Of a stretch of 64,000 nt of DNA, positions 28,222 to 36,757 are shown piece after piece. Every line of letters starts with the position of its first letter. Within the stretch, counting starts at the first letter, position 1. Both the position numbers and the translations under genes were made by a program. The notes below the pieces were generated by a model. It saw only the letters and a program-made list of their open reading frames with translations. It searched no databases and was not told the DNA's origin. Source of the stretch: Thermoanaerobaculia bacterium (GTDB lineage Bacteria; Acidobacteriota; Thermoanaerobaculia; UBA5066); the NCBI GenBank assembly GCA_963719225.1, contig CAVRAY010000001.1, positions 256,001 to 320,000 on the forward strand, written 5' to 3'.

Positions 28222-29424
28222 ATGATCCTTTTCGACGACGAGCCCCGCCCGTCGCTCCCCATCTCGCTGAATGACGACGTTCCTCCTCCCGCGAAGATCA
28301 AGGTCGTGGGCGTGGGCGGAGGCGGCGGCAACGCCGTCAACCGCATGATCCAGGCCGGCATCAAGGGGATCGACTTCGTGGCGGCGAACACCGATCTCCA
28401 GGTGCTGCGGGTGAACCGCGCCGCGACGAAGCTGCAGCTCGGTCTCACGACCTCGCGTGGCATGGGCGCGGGGTCGAACCCCGAGGTCGGCCGCAACGCC
28501 GCGCTCGAGGACGCCGAGAGGATCACGCAGGTGCTCTCGGGCTCGGACATGGTGTTCGTCACGGCCGGCATGGGCGGCGGGACGGGCACGGGGGCGGCGC
28601 CGGTCGTGGCACGGCTCGCGTCCGAGGCGGGAGCGCTCGTCGTCGCCATCGTCTCGAAGCCTTTCTCCTTCGAAGGCCGGCGGAAGCTGCGCTACGCCGA
28701 GGACGGCATCGCGGAGCTGCGCGAGTACGTCGACACCCTCATCACGATCCCGAACGAGCGCCTCTATTCGTTCGTGGAGCGGAACGTGACGACCTGGGAG
28801 GCGTTCCGCATCGCGGACGACGTGCTCCGCCAGGCCGTCCAGGGCATCAGCGACCTCATCACGGTGCCCGGCGTCGTGAACCTCGACTTCGCGGACGTGA
28901 AGACGGTCATGGAGAACATGGGCATGGCGCTCATGGGGACCGGCACGGCTTCCGGCGAGCACCGGGCCGTCGAAGCGGCGCAGCGCGCGATCTCGAACCC
29001 GCTCCTCGAGGAGCAGTCCATCCAGGGCGCGCGCGCCATCCTCATCAACGTGACGGGCGGCGACGACCTCACGCTCGCCGAGGTGAACGAGGCGTGCGCG
29101 ATCATCCAGCAGGCGGCCGACGAGGAGGCGAACGTCATCTTCGGGCTGGTCATGGACAAGGACATGAAGGACGAGGTCAAGATCAGCGTCATCGCGACGG
29201 GCTTCGATGCCCCCGCGGCTCTCGCCTCGCGACGCGAGGTGTCGCTGCCCGTCACCCCGAGCGGCGCGCGGCCGGCGGCCGATAGGGAGCGCGAGCGCGC
29301 GCGCACCTCCCCCGAGACGCCGATCCCGGAAGATCAGGGCTACGGGGTGAACCTCATCAACATGCGCGATCCGCGCGAGGACATCTTCGACATCCCGACG
29401 TTCCTGAGAAGGCAGATGGACTAG
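28222..29424 (+). CDS. ftsZ: Cell division protein FtsZ
   Basis: [24 protein letters not shown] and C-terminal [11 protein letters not shown]. Confidence 0.99.
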   Translation: MILFDDEPRPSLPISLNDDVPPPAKIKVVGVGGGGGNAVNRMIQAGIKGIDFVAANTDLQVLRVNRAATKLQLGLTTSRGMGAGSNPEVGRNAALEDAERITQVLSGSDMVFVTAGMGGGTGTGAAPVVARLASEAGALVVAIVSKPFSFEGRRKLRYAEDGIAELREYVDTLITIPNERLYSFVERNVTTWEAFRIADDVLRQAVQGISDLITVPGVVNLDFADVKTVMENMGMALMGTGTASGEHRAVEAAQRAISNPLLEEQSIQGARAILINVTGGDDLTLAEVNEACAIIQQAADEEANVIFGLVMDKDMKDEVKISVIATGFDAPAALASRREVSLPVTPSGARPAADRERERARTSPETPIPEDQGYGVNLINMRDPREDIFDIPTFLRRQMD

Positions 29425-29430
29425 CCGATT

Positions 29431-29457
29431 GCGGGGGGCTCCGTCGCCGCCCCCCGC
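29431..29457 (+). terminator. GC hairpin after ftsZ
   Basis: GCGGGGGGC...GCCCCCCGC stem, no U-tract. Confidence 0.4.
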
Positions 29458-29479
29458 GCCCCTGGCGGGGTTTCGGACC

Positions 29480-31378
29480 ATGAAACGGAGCTCGTTCGCG
29501 GGGATCCTCGGCGCCCTCCTCGTGGCGCGAACGGTTTCCGTCCTTTTTCACCACCTTCTCCTGACGCCCTCCGGCGCGCGCGTCGCCGAGCACCCCTTTT
29601 CCGTCATTCCCGCGACGCTCGCGGGGGAGATCGGCACGGTCGCGACCCTCGGCGTTCTCGCGGGGATCGTTTCGTGGATCTCGGCGCGCGCGGGCCTGGC
29701 ATTCCTCGCTCTCGGAGGCGCGTTTCTCCTCTTCGTGTCGCAGCTCGACCTGGAGCTCGTGCGCTGGACGGGCGAGCACCTGAACCCCCACTGGCTCTTC
29801 GCTTACAACCTGCTCGCGCACCGGCGGCTCCTCAAGGACGTTCTCTTCGGAGACACGCTCGCTCTCGCCGTCGCGCTCCTGCTCGTCGTCGTGCCGTTCT
29901 TCGTGATTCTCGCGATCGCGCGGCGCCGGGGCGCCGAGCGCCTGGACGGCCGGGTTCTCGCGCTCTTCGCGGCATTGTCGTTCGCTGGGCTCTCTTCGCA
30001 GTCGCTCCTGGCCCCGACACCGCTGGCCCTCCGGCGCGCGCGGCCGGCGTTCGCGAGCCTCTTCTTGGAATCGATCGCGTCTTTCGGCGACCGGCCTTCA
30101 CCCTCAGACGTGCGTGCCGGGCTCGCGGAGCTTCACCGGTTCCTGAACCGGCCGCCCGGCTGGTTTTCCGACCCGGGCTATCCCGTGTGGCACGCCGTCC
30201 CTTCGGAGGAAGAGTCGTATGCGCGGTTTCGCGCGCTGCCTCTCTCCGAGAAACCCGACGTCGTGCTCGTGGTCTTCGAGTCCGCGCGCGGCTGGGAGAC
30301 GGATTTCCGCAGGGCTTTCGCGGAAAGCCGCGTACCCGTTCTCCATCGCCTGTGGAGGGAGCGCGGAGTTTCCTTTCCGGCCTGCATCGCCACGGGCTAT
30401 CCGTCGATCGAAGGACGCGGCGGGATCTTCCTGGGGATCACGAGCCATCCCTCGGGGATCCTCCTCTACAACGCCCGGCAGCTCCGCGTGCTCTCGATCG
30501 GCGAGATCCTCGCGCGCGCCGGCTACGACCGCGAGCTCGTCGCGGCAACGAGCCCGGCATTCGAGAAGATGGAAGACTGGTACGCACGATGGTTCGACGA
30601 CGTCCCCTACGATCCTTCGGACACGACGGACGAAGTGCTCGCCGACAAGACGATCCGCATCCTCGAGGCACCCCGTGAGAAGCCGCTTTTCCTGTCCCTC
30701 TTCACGATCGCGACGCATCCGCCCTTGTACCGGCCGCCCGGCACACCCGAGCCGCGAACGCCGCGCGAGGCCTATCTCGCCGCGCTCGGCTACACCGATC
30801 GCCACCTCGGACGCGTCTTCGAGGCGTTGCGTGCGACGCCGCGCGGTCGCGACACGATCGTTCTCGTCGTTGGCGACCACGCGACGGCGAACCCTTGGCA
30901 GGCGATCCGCCTTCCGCGCCTCGGGACGCCGAATGCCGGCGAGAACTGGACCACCCTTCTCGTCGCGGCGAAGGGCCTTCCGTCCGGCACGCTCCGGCCG
31001 GAGCTCACCTCTCAGCTCGATGTCGCGCCGACGCTCCTTGGCCTTCTCGGGCTCGACGTCTCGAATCACTTCTTCGGGCGCGATCTCTTCGCGCCTCCCG
31101 GGCCGCGAAAGCAGGGCGTCCTCGCGCTGCGCTTCAACGGTCTCGCGGCCTTCGAAGGCCCGTTTCTCTACCAGGCCCGTCTCGGCGACGCGGCGTTCGC
31201 ACAGAAGTGGCGCTGGGAAGTCTACGAGGACCAGGCCGACGCTCCGAACGGCGACTACCACCACGGGATTCAGGAGTCTCTCTCGGTCTCGGATCGCGAA
31301 CGGATCGCCGATCTCAAGAGGATGGCACGCGCGTGGGGCGCCGTTCTCGACGACAACCGCGTGATGCCTCCACGCTGA
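29480..31378 (+). CDS. LTA synthase/sulfatase-like membrane protein
   Basis: N-terminal TM bundle; VVLVVFES, TIATHPP, YTD, VGDH, SQLDVAPTLL. Confidence 0.85.
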   Translation: MKRSSFAGILGALLVARTVSVLFHHLLLTPSGARVAEHPFSVIPATLAGEIGTVATLGVLAGIVSWISARAGLAFLALGGAFLLFVSQLDLELVRWTGEHLNPHWLFAYNLLAHRRLLKDVLFGDTLALAVALLLVVVPFFVILAIARRRGAERLDGRVLALFAALSFAGLSSQSLLAPTPLALRRARPAFASLFLESIASFGDRPSPSDVRAGLAELHRFLNRPPGWFSDPGYPVWHAVPSEEESYARFRALPLSEKPDVVLVVFESARGWETDFRRAFAESRVPVLHRLWRERGVSFPACIATGYPSIEGRGGIFLGITSHPSGILLYNARQLRVLSIGEILARAGYDRELVAATSPAFEKMEDWYARWFDDVPYDPSDTTDEVLADKTIRILEAPREKPLFLSLFTIATHPPLYRPPGTPEPRTPREAYLAALGYTDRHLGRVFEALRATPRGRDTIVLVVGDHATANPWQAIRLPRLGTPNAGENWTTLLVAAKGLPSGTLRPELTSQLDVAPTLLGLLGLDVSNHFFGRDLFAPPGPRKQGVLALRFNGLAAFEGPFLYQARLGDAAFAQKWRWEVYEDQADAPNGDYHHGIQESLSVSDRERIADLKRMARAWGAVLDDNRVMPPR

Positions 31379-31387
31379 GACGGCGCT

Positions 31388-31702
31388 TCAGAGAGTGGCG
31401 GCCGAGTCGCGGGCCTTCCGTGCGCCCCTGCGGTTCTTGAGCCACGCGCGTGCCTTCAGCCACGTGCGCTCGAATTTCGGGTTCCGCTGCCGGAAGCGTC
31501 TCACCTTGCGCTGCACCCACCGGCTCTCCACGTAGAGAAGCGCGGCGCCGGCGACGCCGAACGGCCAGCCCTGGATCACGGGCAGGAGTCCTCCGATGAT
31601 CCCGAGGGTGAGCAGGCTCCAGCCGAGCGTGAGGAGCGCGATCCGCACGGGGCGGCTGCGCCGCCTTGCGAGCCCGCGCGGCAGGGGCTGACGCGCGCTC
31701 AT
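31388..31702 (-). CDS. Small membrane protein (PGPGW-like)
   Basis: LGIIGGLLPVIQGWPF hairpin with a basic tail; ATGA overlap. Confidence 0.75.
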   Translation of the reverse strand: MSARQPLPRGLARRRSRPVRIALLTLGWSLLTLGIIGGLLPVIQGWPFGVAGAALLYVESRWVQRKVRRFRQRNPKFERTWLKARAWLKNRRGARKARDSAATL

Positions 31703-32529
31703 GGTTTCTTCGGAAAGATGCCTCGGCGCGCGTCGCGGACGATCTGCTTTGCCTCCTCCGAAAACGTCTTCGAGATCATCCAGTCCAGGAATCCCGGATG
31801 CTTTTCGGCGACTTCCTCGAGCGTCTTGCCCCGGTGCTCGCTGAACGCCAGGACGATCTCCCCGTCCCTCCAGAGAAAGCGCTTGTCGGGATCGGCGAAT
31901 CGGCCCTCCGGCGGCCTGGAGAGCTCGTGCAAGGCTGCGATGTCGCGCGGCAGGTCCGCGTAGCGCCGGAACTGTCCGGCGAGGACCTCCGCCGACGCGA
32001 TGACGTCGGCGAGCGCGGAATGGGCGCTCGTGTGCTCGCGTCCGGCGAAGAAGCGCACCGCCGCCGCGAGGTCGCGCGGCTCCTTCTTGAAGTAGATCGT
32101 CTGCATGTCCACGATGCGCCGGTTCTCGATCGGGAACACGACGTTCGCGAGCTCGAATTCGCGCAGCAGCACGGGCACGTCGAAAGCGCGCACGTTGTAA
32201 CCCGCGAGGTCGGCGCCGGCGAAGAACTCCAGGACGCGCCCCGCGATCTCGAAAAACGCCGGCGCCCCGGCCACGTCGGCGTCGGAGATGCCGTGGATGC
32301 GCGTGGACTCGCGCGGGATTCTCACTCCCGGATTGACGCGGGACTCGAACGTGGCGACTTCGCCGGCCGGCCCGAATCTCAGAGCGGCAATCTCCACGAT
32401 CCGGTCCGTCAGGCGGTCGGCGCCCGTCGTCTCGAGGTCGAAGACGACGAGAGGCGTGTCCCCGCAAAGAGAGGCGAGGGCCGCGAGTGTCTCGGGTGGA
32501 AGTGCGGACGCGGTCACGCCCCGCATCAT
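31699..32529 (-). CDS. DEDDh 3'-5' exonuclease (DnaQ/ExoX-like)
   Basis: FDLETTG, YN..FD, HSALAD and an ExoX-like C-terminal domain. Confidence 0.92.
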   Translation of the reverse strand: MMRGVTASALPPETLAALASLCGDTPLVVFDLETTGADRLTDRIVEIAALRFGPAGEVATFESRVNPGVRIPRESTRIHGISDADVAGAPAFFEIAGRVLEFFAGADLAGYNVRAFDVPVLLREFELANVVFPIENRRIVDMQTIYFKKEPRDLAAAVRFFAGREHTSAHSALADVIASAEVLAGQFRRYADLPRDIAALHELSRPPEGRFADPDKRFLWRDGEIVLAFSEHRGKTLEEVAEKHPGFLDWMISKTFSEEAKQIVRDARRGIFPKKP

Positions 32530-33260
32530 GGCCCAGGAAGGAAAGCCGCGGGGAGCGGCGCCGCCCAGGTCCAGGTCGTGCCGGACGGCATTCCGGGAGG
32601 ATCGGCCCAGCGGAGCTCCGCCGCGTGCAGGAGCGGGGGAGATCCGCCGTCCGCGCGCCCCGGGTCGTACGCGGTGTCGCCGAGAAGGGGAGTTCCGAGG
32701 GCGAGCAGATGAATCCGGAGTTGATGCATGCGGCCCGTCTCGGGCACCAGCTCGACGAGCGCCGTCTCGCCCCGATCCTCGAGCATGCGATAGCGCGTCG
32801 CCGCCTGGCGGCCTGCGGGATGGGCCGCCGTCCGGCCGGGCGGGGGCAGCGGCGGGATCGCGAGAACGCGGCGGCCCGAGAGGAGGTGTCCCGCCCGCGA
32901 AGGGCCGTAGGCCGCCACGATGGCGCGCTTCAGGAGGTCCGGCCGCGACGTGCGGTGTTCGAGGAGAGGGACGTCCACGCGGCCCGCAGGGGGATCGGGG
33001 ACTCCCCTCGTGACGGCGACGTAGGTCTTCGTGACGTTCGACGGCCAGGCCGCGTGTGCGGCGCGGAGGGCGTCCGCGTTCCGTGCGAGGAGGAGGACGC
33101 CCGACGTCTCCTTGTCGAGCCGGTGGACGAGCGCCAGCCCCTCGCCGAAACGCGCGCGAAGCTCACCGAGGAGGCCGCCCGGGCCGTGGACCGCGATTCC
33201 GGGCCGCTTGTCGATCGCGAGATAGGCCTCGGCCCCGGTCGGGGACGAGAGGATCCTCAC
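32526..33260 (-). CDS. RluA-family pseudouridine synthase
   Basis: DKRPG, VHRLDKETSG, TGRMHQLRIHL, GD..Y, LHA. Confidence 0.93.
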   Translation of the reverse strand: MRILSSPTGAEAYLAIDKRPGIAVHGPGGLLGELRARFGEGLALVHRLDKETSGVLLLARNADALRAAHAAWPSNVTKTYVAVTRGVPDPPAGRVDVPLLEHRTSRPDLLKRAIVAAYGPSRAGHLLSGRRVLAIPPLPPPGRTAAHPAGRQAATRYRMLEDRGETALVELVPETGRMHQLRIHLLALGTPLLGDTAYDPGRADGGSPPLLHAAELRWADPPGMPSGTTWTWAAPLPAAFLPGP

Positions 33261-33499
33261 GCGTCCTTGCGGAAACGCAGCGCCGAAAGGATGACGGCGA
33301 GGCTGCCCACGATGTTCGCCGCCATGCCGATCACGATGGGCATCTGGCGGAAGCGGATCCCGTAGAGGAGGTAGATCACCTGCCCGCCGAGAAACAGCCC
33401 GTACGTGAGGACGGAGACGTCCTCGGAGCTCCTCCGTCTCCAGATGCGGGCCGCCTGCGGCACGTACGCGGCTCCCGTGGCGATCCCCACGACGGACAC
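33257..33499 (-). CDS. SemiSWEET/PQ-loop transporter
   Basis: YVPQ..RIW...SSEDVS, LLYG, P....N; three TM helices. True start probably upstream. Confidence 0.85.
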   Translation of the reverse strand: MSVVGIATGAAYVPQAARIWRRRSSEDVSVLTYGLFLGGQVIYLLYGIRFRQMPIVIGMAANIVGSLAVILSALRFRKDA

Positions 33500-33545
33500 A
33501 GCCCAGGCAAGGAAGGAGTCGAAAGCTCCCGGGCTCTCGATGGCT

Positions 33546-34268
33546 CTACCTGCGGTTTCCGAAGAGCCTGAGCATCATCAGGAAAAGGTTGATGAAGTCG
33601 AGATAGAGGGCGAGCGCGCCGGAAATCGCTCCGCGCCGGCCCGCTTCGGAGCCGCCGTCCACCTCGGCCGCCATCATCTTGAGCCTGCGCGTGTCGTAGG
33701 CCGTGAGGCCGACGAAGACGATGACGCCGACACAGCTCACGACGAAGCCGAGCATGTCGGACCTGAGGAAGATGTTCACGACGGACGCGATGATCACGCC
33801 GATGAGCCCCATGAAGGCGAAGGAGCCGAGGCCGTCGAGGGTCCGGTGCGTCGTGAGGCCGTAGACGCTCATGGCCGCGAACGTGCCCGCCGCGACGAGG
33901 AACGTCGAGGCGATGGAGCCCGTCGTGAACGCGAAGAAGATGACCGAGAGCGTGACGCCGTTCAGGGCGGAGTAGAGGAGAAAAACGGCCGAAGCCGCGA
34001 CGGACGAGAGCTTCCCGACGAGGCCGGACAGCCAGACGACGAGTCCGAGCTCGGCGAACAAGAGCCCGTAGAACACGAGCTTGTTCCCGAAGACGGCGCG
34101 GAGGACGGTCTCGTTCGAAACGGTGAAGAGGGCGGCGCCGGCCGTGACGAGAAGGCCCGTCGCCATCCAGCCGTAGACGCGGGCGAGGAAGCCCGACACC
34201 ACGAGTGATCCGGACGGGCTGATCGGGCGCGGCGAATCGAACGGTCGCGGCGGAAGCTCGGTGGGCAT
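33546..34268 (-). CDS. Bax inhibitor-1/YccA family protein
   Basis: VYGWM..GL, TAYDT, GALALYLDFINLF. Confidence 0.95.
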   Translation of the reverse strand: MPTELPPRPFDSPRPISPSGSLVVSGFLARVYGWMATGLLVTAGAALFTVSNETVLRAVFGNKLVFYGLLFAELGLVVWLSGLVGKLSSVAASAVFLLYSALNGVTLSVIFFAFTTGSIASTFLVAAGTFAAMSVYGLTTHRTLDGLGSFAFMGLIGVIIASVVNIFLRSDMLGFVVSCVGVIVFVGLTAYDTRRLKMMAAEVDGGSEAGRRGAISGALALYLDFINLFLMMLRLFGNRR

Positions 34269-34324
34269 TTAGGGATCTCCTCTCGAACCTCCATCCTAAC
34301 GCGCCGGGGCTAAGATTCATTCCC

Positions 34325-34780
34325 ATGAAACGAATCGCACCCTCTCTCCTGCTCCTCCTGCCGCTCTGTCTTCTCGGCGCCGCCGGGAAGGCCGGCAAGT
34401 TCGGCGCGCCGCTCGGCGACGCGCCGAAGGTCGCGCTCGCCGACCTCGTGAAGGATCCCGCGATCTGGTCCGGCAAGACCGTGAAGACCGAAGGGGTCGT
34501 CTCGGCCGTCTGCCAGGGTTCGGGCTGCTGGATGACCTTGAAGTCGGGCGACACGTCCGTTCGCATCACGTTCAAGAGCTACGGCTTCTTCGTCCCGATC
34601 GATTCCGCCGGCGCCACCGCGGTCATGGAAGGAGTCTTCAGCGTGAAGACGATCCCCGAGGCGACCGCAAAGCACTACGCCGGAGAGACTCCAGGCGGCA
34701 AGCCCGACGCCATCAAAGGCGACCAGAAGGAGCTGAGCTTCGTCGCGTCCGGGGTCGAGCTCGCGCGGCCGAGGCGGTAG
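34325..34780 (+). CDS. DUF4920-family secreted protein
   Basis: Signal peptide; VCQ.SGCWM, VRITFK.YGFFVP, F.ASGV. Confidence 0.88.
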   Translation: MKRIAPSLLLLLPLCLLGAAGKAGKFGAPLGDAPKVALADLVKDPAIWSGKTVKTEGVVSAVCQGSGCWMTLKSGDTSVRITFKSYGFFVPIDSAGATAVMEGVFSVKTIPEATAKHYAGETPGGKPDAIKGDQKELSFVASGVELARPRR

Positions 34781-34812
34781 ACTTTGAGCAGAGAAGTCTT
34801 CCTCGAAAAAGC

Positions 34813-34921
34813 TTCTAATTGCAGAAACCAAAAAGCTTCTACCTGCAGAAGCTTCAACCGCCAAGCCGGGAGGAAGTTTCTGCTAATAGAAACCTCCTCC
34901 GAGGCCTAATACTAGTTAGAC
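34813..34921 (+). promoter_or_regulatory. Putative attI-like recombination site with three upstream TTCT-N6-AGAA boxes
   Basis: GCCTAAT-ACTA-GTTAGAC simple site (34904-34921); boxes at 34813, 34837 and 34878. Confidence 0.55.
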
Positions 34922-34995
34922 GACCGAATGGGAGGGAAGAACCGCGGCATAGCGTCCGTCGTCTTCCGCCACCAGAGTTCTCGAGGTACTCAATC

Positions 34996-35367
34996 ATGGA
35001 CATGTCTATGATGGCGGTTGACGTCGACGGCACGCTTGGGAGCCCTCTTATCCTCGTACTGGTTCTCCTTTACGCAACGGGTTTGGCTGCCTTAACCGCA
35101 ACGTTCGTCTTGCTGTGGTTGCGGGGCGGAAGCAGTCGCCTCATGGCCGCGGTCATGGCGTTGTTATTTGTCCTGGCGTGCGTGTTCAACGTCGCAGCGG
35201 TTCGCGCCATCGCTGCGGCAATCATCGCGTTCCCGACGCGTGAGGGAGTACACGTAGGCGTGGGCTTTTTCGGAAGCCACCCCTCGTGGCTGGCTCCGGC
35301 GCTCGGTATTGCAGCAGGCCTGCTCGTGTCGGCTCGTATCCGCCGAGTCAGGGCGGCGGTCGTCTAA
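34996..35367 (+). CDS. Cassette 1 ORF: small three-TM membrane protein
   Basis: GAGG RBS, hydrophobic helices; the stop TAA lies within the attC R'' box (GTCTAAC). Confidence 0.75.
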   Translation: MDMSMMAVDVDGTLGSPLILVLVLLYATGLAALTATFVLLWLRGGSSRLMAAVMALLFVLACVFNVAAVRAIAAAIIAFPTREGVHVGVGFFGSHPSWLAPALGIAAGLLVSARIRRVRAAVV

Positions 35368-35421
35368 CAACGCGCTGCAGCGGACTCGCTACGCTCGCCG
35401 CTGAGCTTGATATCGTTAGGC
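35362..35421 (+). repeat. attC site (60 bp)
   Basis: R'' GTCTAAC, L'' GCTGCAGC (extrahelical G), L' GCTGAGC, R' GTTAGGC. Confidence 0.9.
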
Positions 35422-35460
35422 AGCAAACACCTTGCGTGTTGCCAAAGAGGGAGGGTCGCC

Positions 35461-35940
35461 ATGAGCCTGAAGTCGGGAGCGTTGTTGCTGGTGCTTTGTT
35501 TACTGCGGGCAACGGAAGTCGTCGGTCAGGAAGCCGTCACCGCACTTGACCGTACTCTCTCGAAGACCCACATGCGACAACACATCACTTCCGTCGCGAT
35601 CGCCGACGCGCCAGTGCAAGCATTCGCTCCGACGACGATTCAGTGCGGAAAGCAGAGTTGCACGGTGAGGGTTGAGGTCTCCAGCCAGTTTTTCAACGTC
35701 ACTTCCGGAAACGCCGTTAGACTGCATGTCAAAGCGGATGGCGCCCCCTTCCCAGTCACAGGATTTGAAATCGATGGCGGAATCAACAGACCGGTGGCGC
35801 ATCTCACCACGGTGTCATCACTGAAGAGCGATCTCAGTCCTGGACCACACACCATTTCGGTGGACTTCGACATGCGATCGCCGGGTGGCAAAGCGGAGGC
35901 ATCCATTCGTACATTGACCATTCAAGTGTTTACTCCTTGA
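35461..35940 (+). CDS. Cassette 2 ORF: secreted beta-rich hypothetical protein
   Basis: GGAGG RBS, signal peptide, atypical codon usage. Confidence 0.75.
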   Translation: MSLKSGALLLVLCLLRATEVVGQEAVTALDRTLSKTHMRQHITSVAIADAPVQAFAPTTIQCGKQSCTVRVEVSSQFFNVTSGNAVRLHVKADGAPFPVTGFEIDGGINRPVAHLTTVSSLKSDLSPGPHTISVDFDMRSPGGKAEASIRTLTIQVFTP

Positions 35941-35962
35941 ATAATTTAGAAATCGCAGTGCT

Positions 35963-35989
35963 GTCTAACAACGCGGAGCGGCGGACTCG
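35963..35989 (+). repeat. Truncated attC (left half only)
   Basis: GTCTAACAACGCGGAGCGGCGGACTCG closely matches the left arm of attC1; no L'/R' follows. Confidence 0.7.
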
Positions 35990-36089
35990 GCAGTGGCTAC
36001 CCCGAGCAAGGTGGTGGCAGGTTGCCCTCGCAGTGCCCCCGGGGGCAAGGCGCAAGAGAAGCTGAAGGACGCGGCCCCTTCGCTCACGC

Positions 36090-36722
36090 ATGAATAGAAG
36101 GACCATCCTCGTCACCGCTGCGGTCGTCCTCGTCCTCCTGCTGGGGATGTCGGGGCTTCGCCCGCATGACCGGCTCACGTGGGTGCTCGAGGTGTTCCCG
36201 ATCGTGATCGTGCTTCCGGTCCTCTTCCTCACCTATCGCCGCTTTCCGCTGACGACGCTGCTCTATGCGCTGATCTTCGTCCATGCCGTCGTCCTCATGA
36301 TCGGCGGTCATCACACGTACGCCCGCGTCCCTTTCGGTTTCGCCCTCGCCAGGGCTTTCGGCCTGCACCGGAATCCCTACGACAAGATCGGTCATTTCTT
36401 TCAGGGCTTCGTGCCCGCGATCGCGATCCGGGAAGTTCTCGTTCGCGGCCGCTACGTCCGAACGCGCGGCATGCTCGCGTTCGTCGTGATCTCGATCGTC
36501 CTCGCCATCAGCGCCGCGTACGAGCTTTTCGAGTGGGCGTCGGCGGTCGCGCTCGGCCAGGGCGCAGAGGACTTCCTCGGCACGCAGGGCGATCCCTGGG
36601 ACACGCAGTCCGACATGTTGATGGCCCTCGTCGGCGGGGGCGTCGCCCTGCTCGGCCTCGGACGAACTCACGACCGGCAAATCAGCGCCCTTCAGGAGAG
36701 CGATCACCTGCAATTTCGATGA
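36090..36722 (+). CDS. DUF2238/YjdF-family membrane protein
   Basis: TW.LE, TYARVPFG, RNPYDKIGHFFQG, FLGTQGDPWDTQSDM. Confidence 0.92.
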   Translation: MNRRTILVTAAVVLVLLLGMSGLRPHDRLTWVLEVFPIVIVLPVLFLTYRRFPLTTLLYALIFVHAVVLMIGGHHTYARVPFGFALARAFGLHRNPYDKIGHFFQGFVPAIAIREVLVRGRYVRTRGMLAFVVISIVLAISAAYELFEWASAVALGQGAEDFLGTQGDPWDTQSDMLMALVGGGVALLGLGRTHDRQISALQESDHLQFR

Positions 36723-36757
36723 TGACGTAGACCTGGTCGTCACGCGGCCACGCGCGT

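Larger units (their letters stand above)
34916..35990 (+). mobile_element. Integron-type gene cassette array (2 cassettes) without adjacent integrase
   Basis: Each cassette begins TTRRRY and ends in a complementary RYYYAAC; lower GC than the flanks; one complete and one truncated attC. Confidence 0.8.

Noticed and set aside
29401-29412. TTCCTGAGAAGG at the ftsZ end as another copy of the TTTCTTAGAAGG motif
   Set aside because: It encodes the conserved FtsZ FLRR peptide, has two mismatches, and has no partner arm or AT-rich context.
34805-34856. AAAAAGCTTCTA..TGCAGAA direct repeat as a CRISPR array
   Set aside because: Only two units with a 24-bp period, no spacers and no cas genes.
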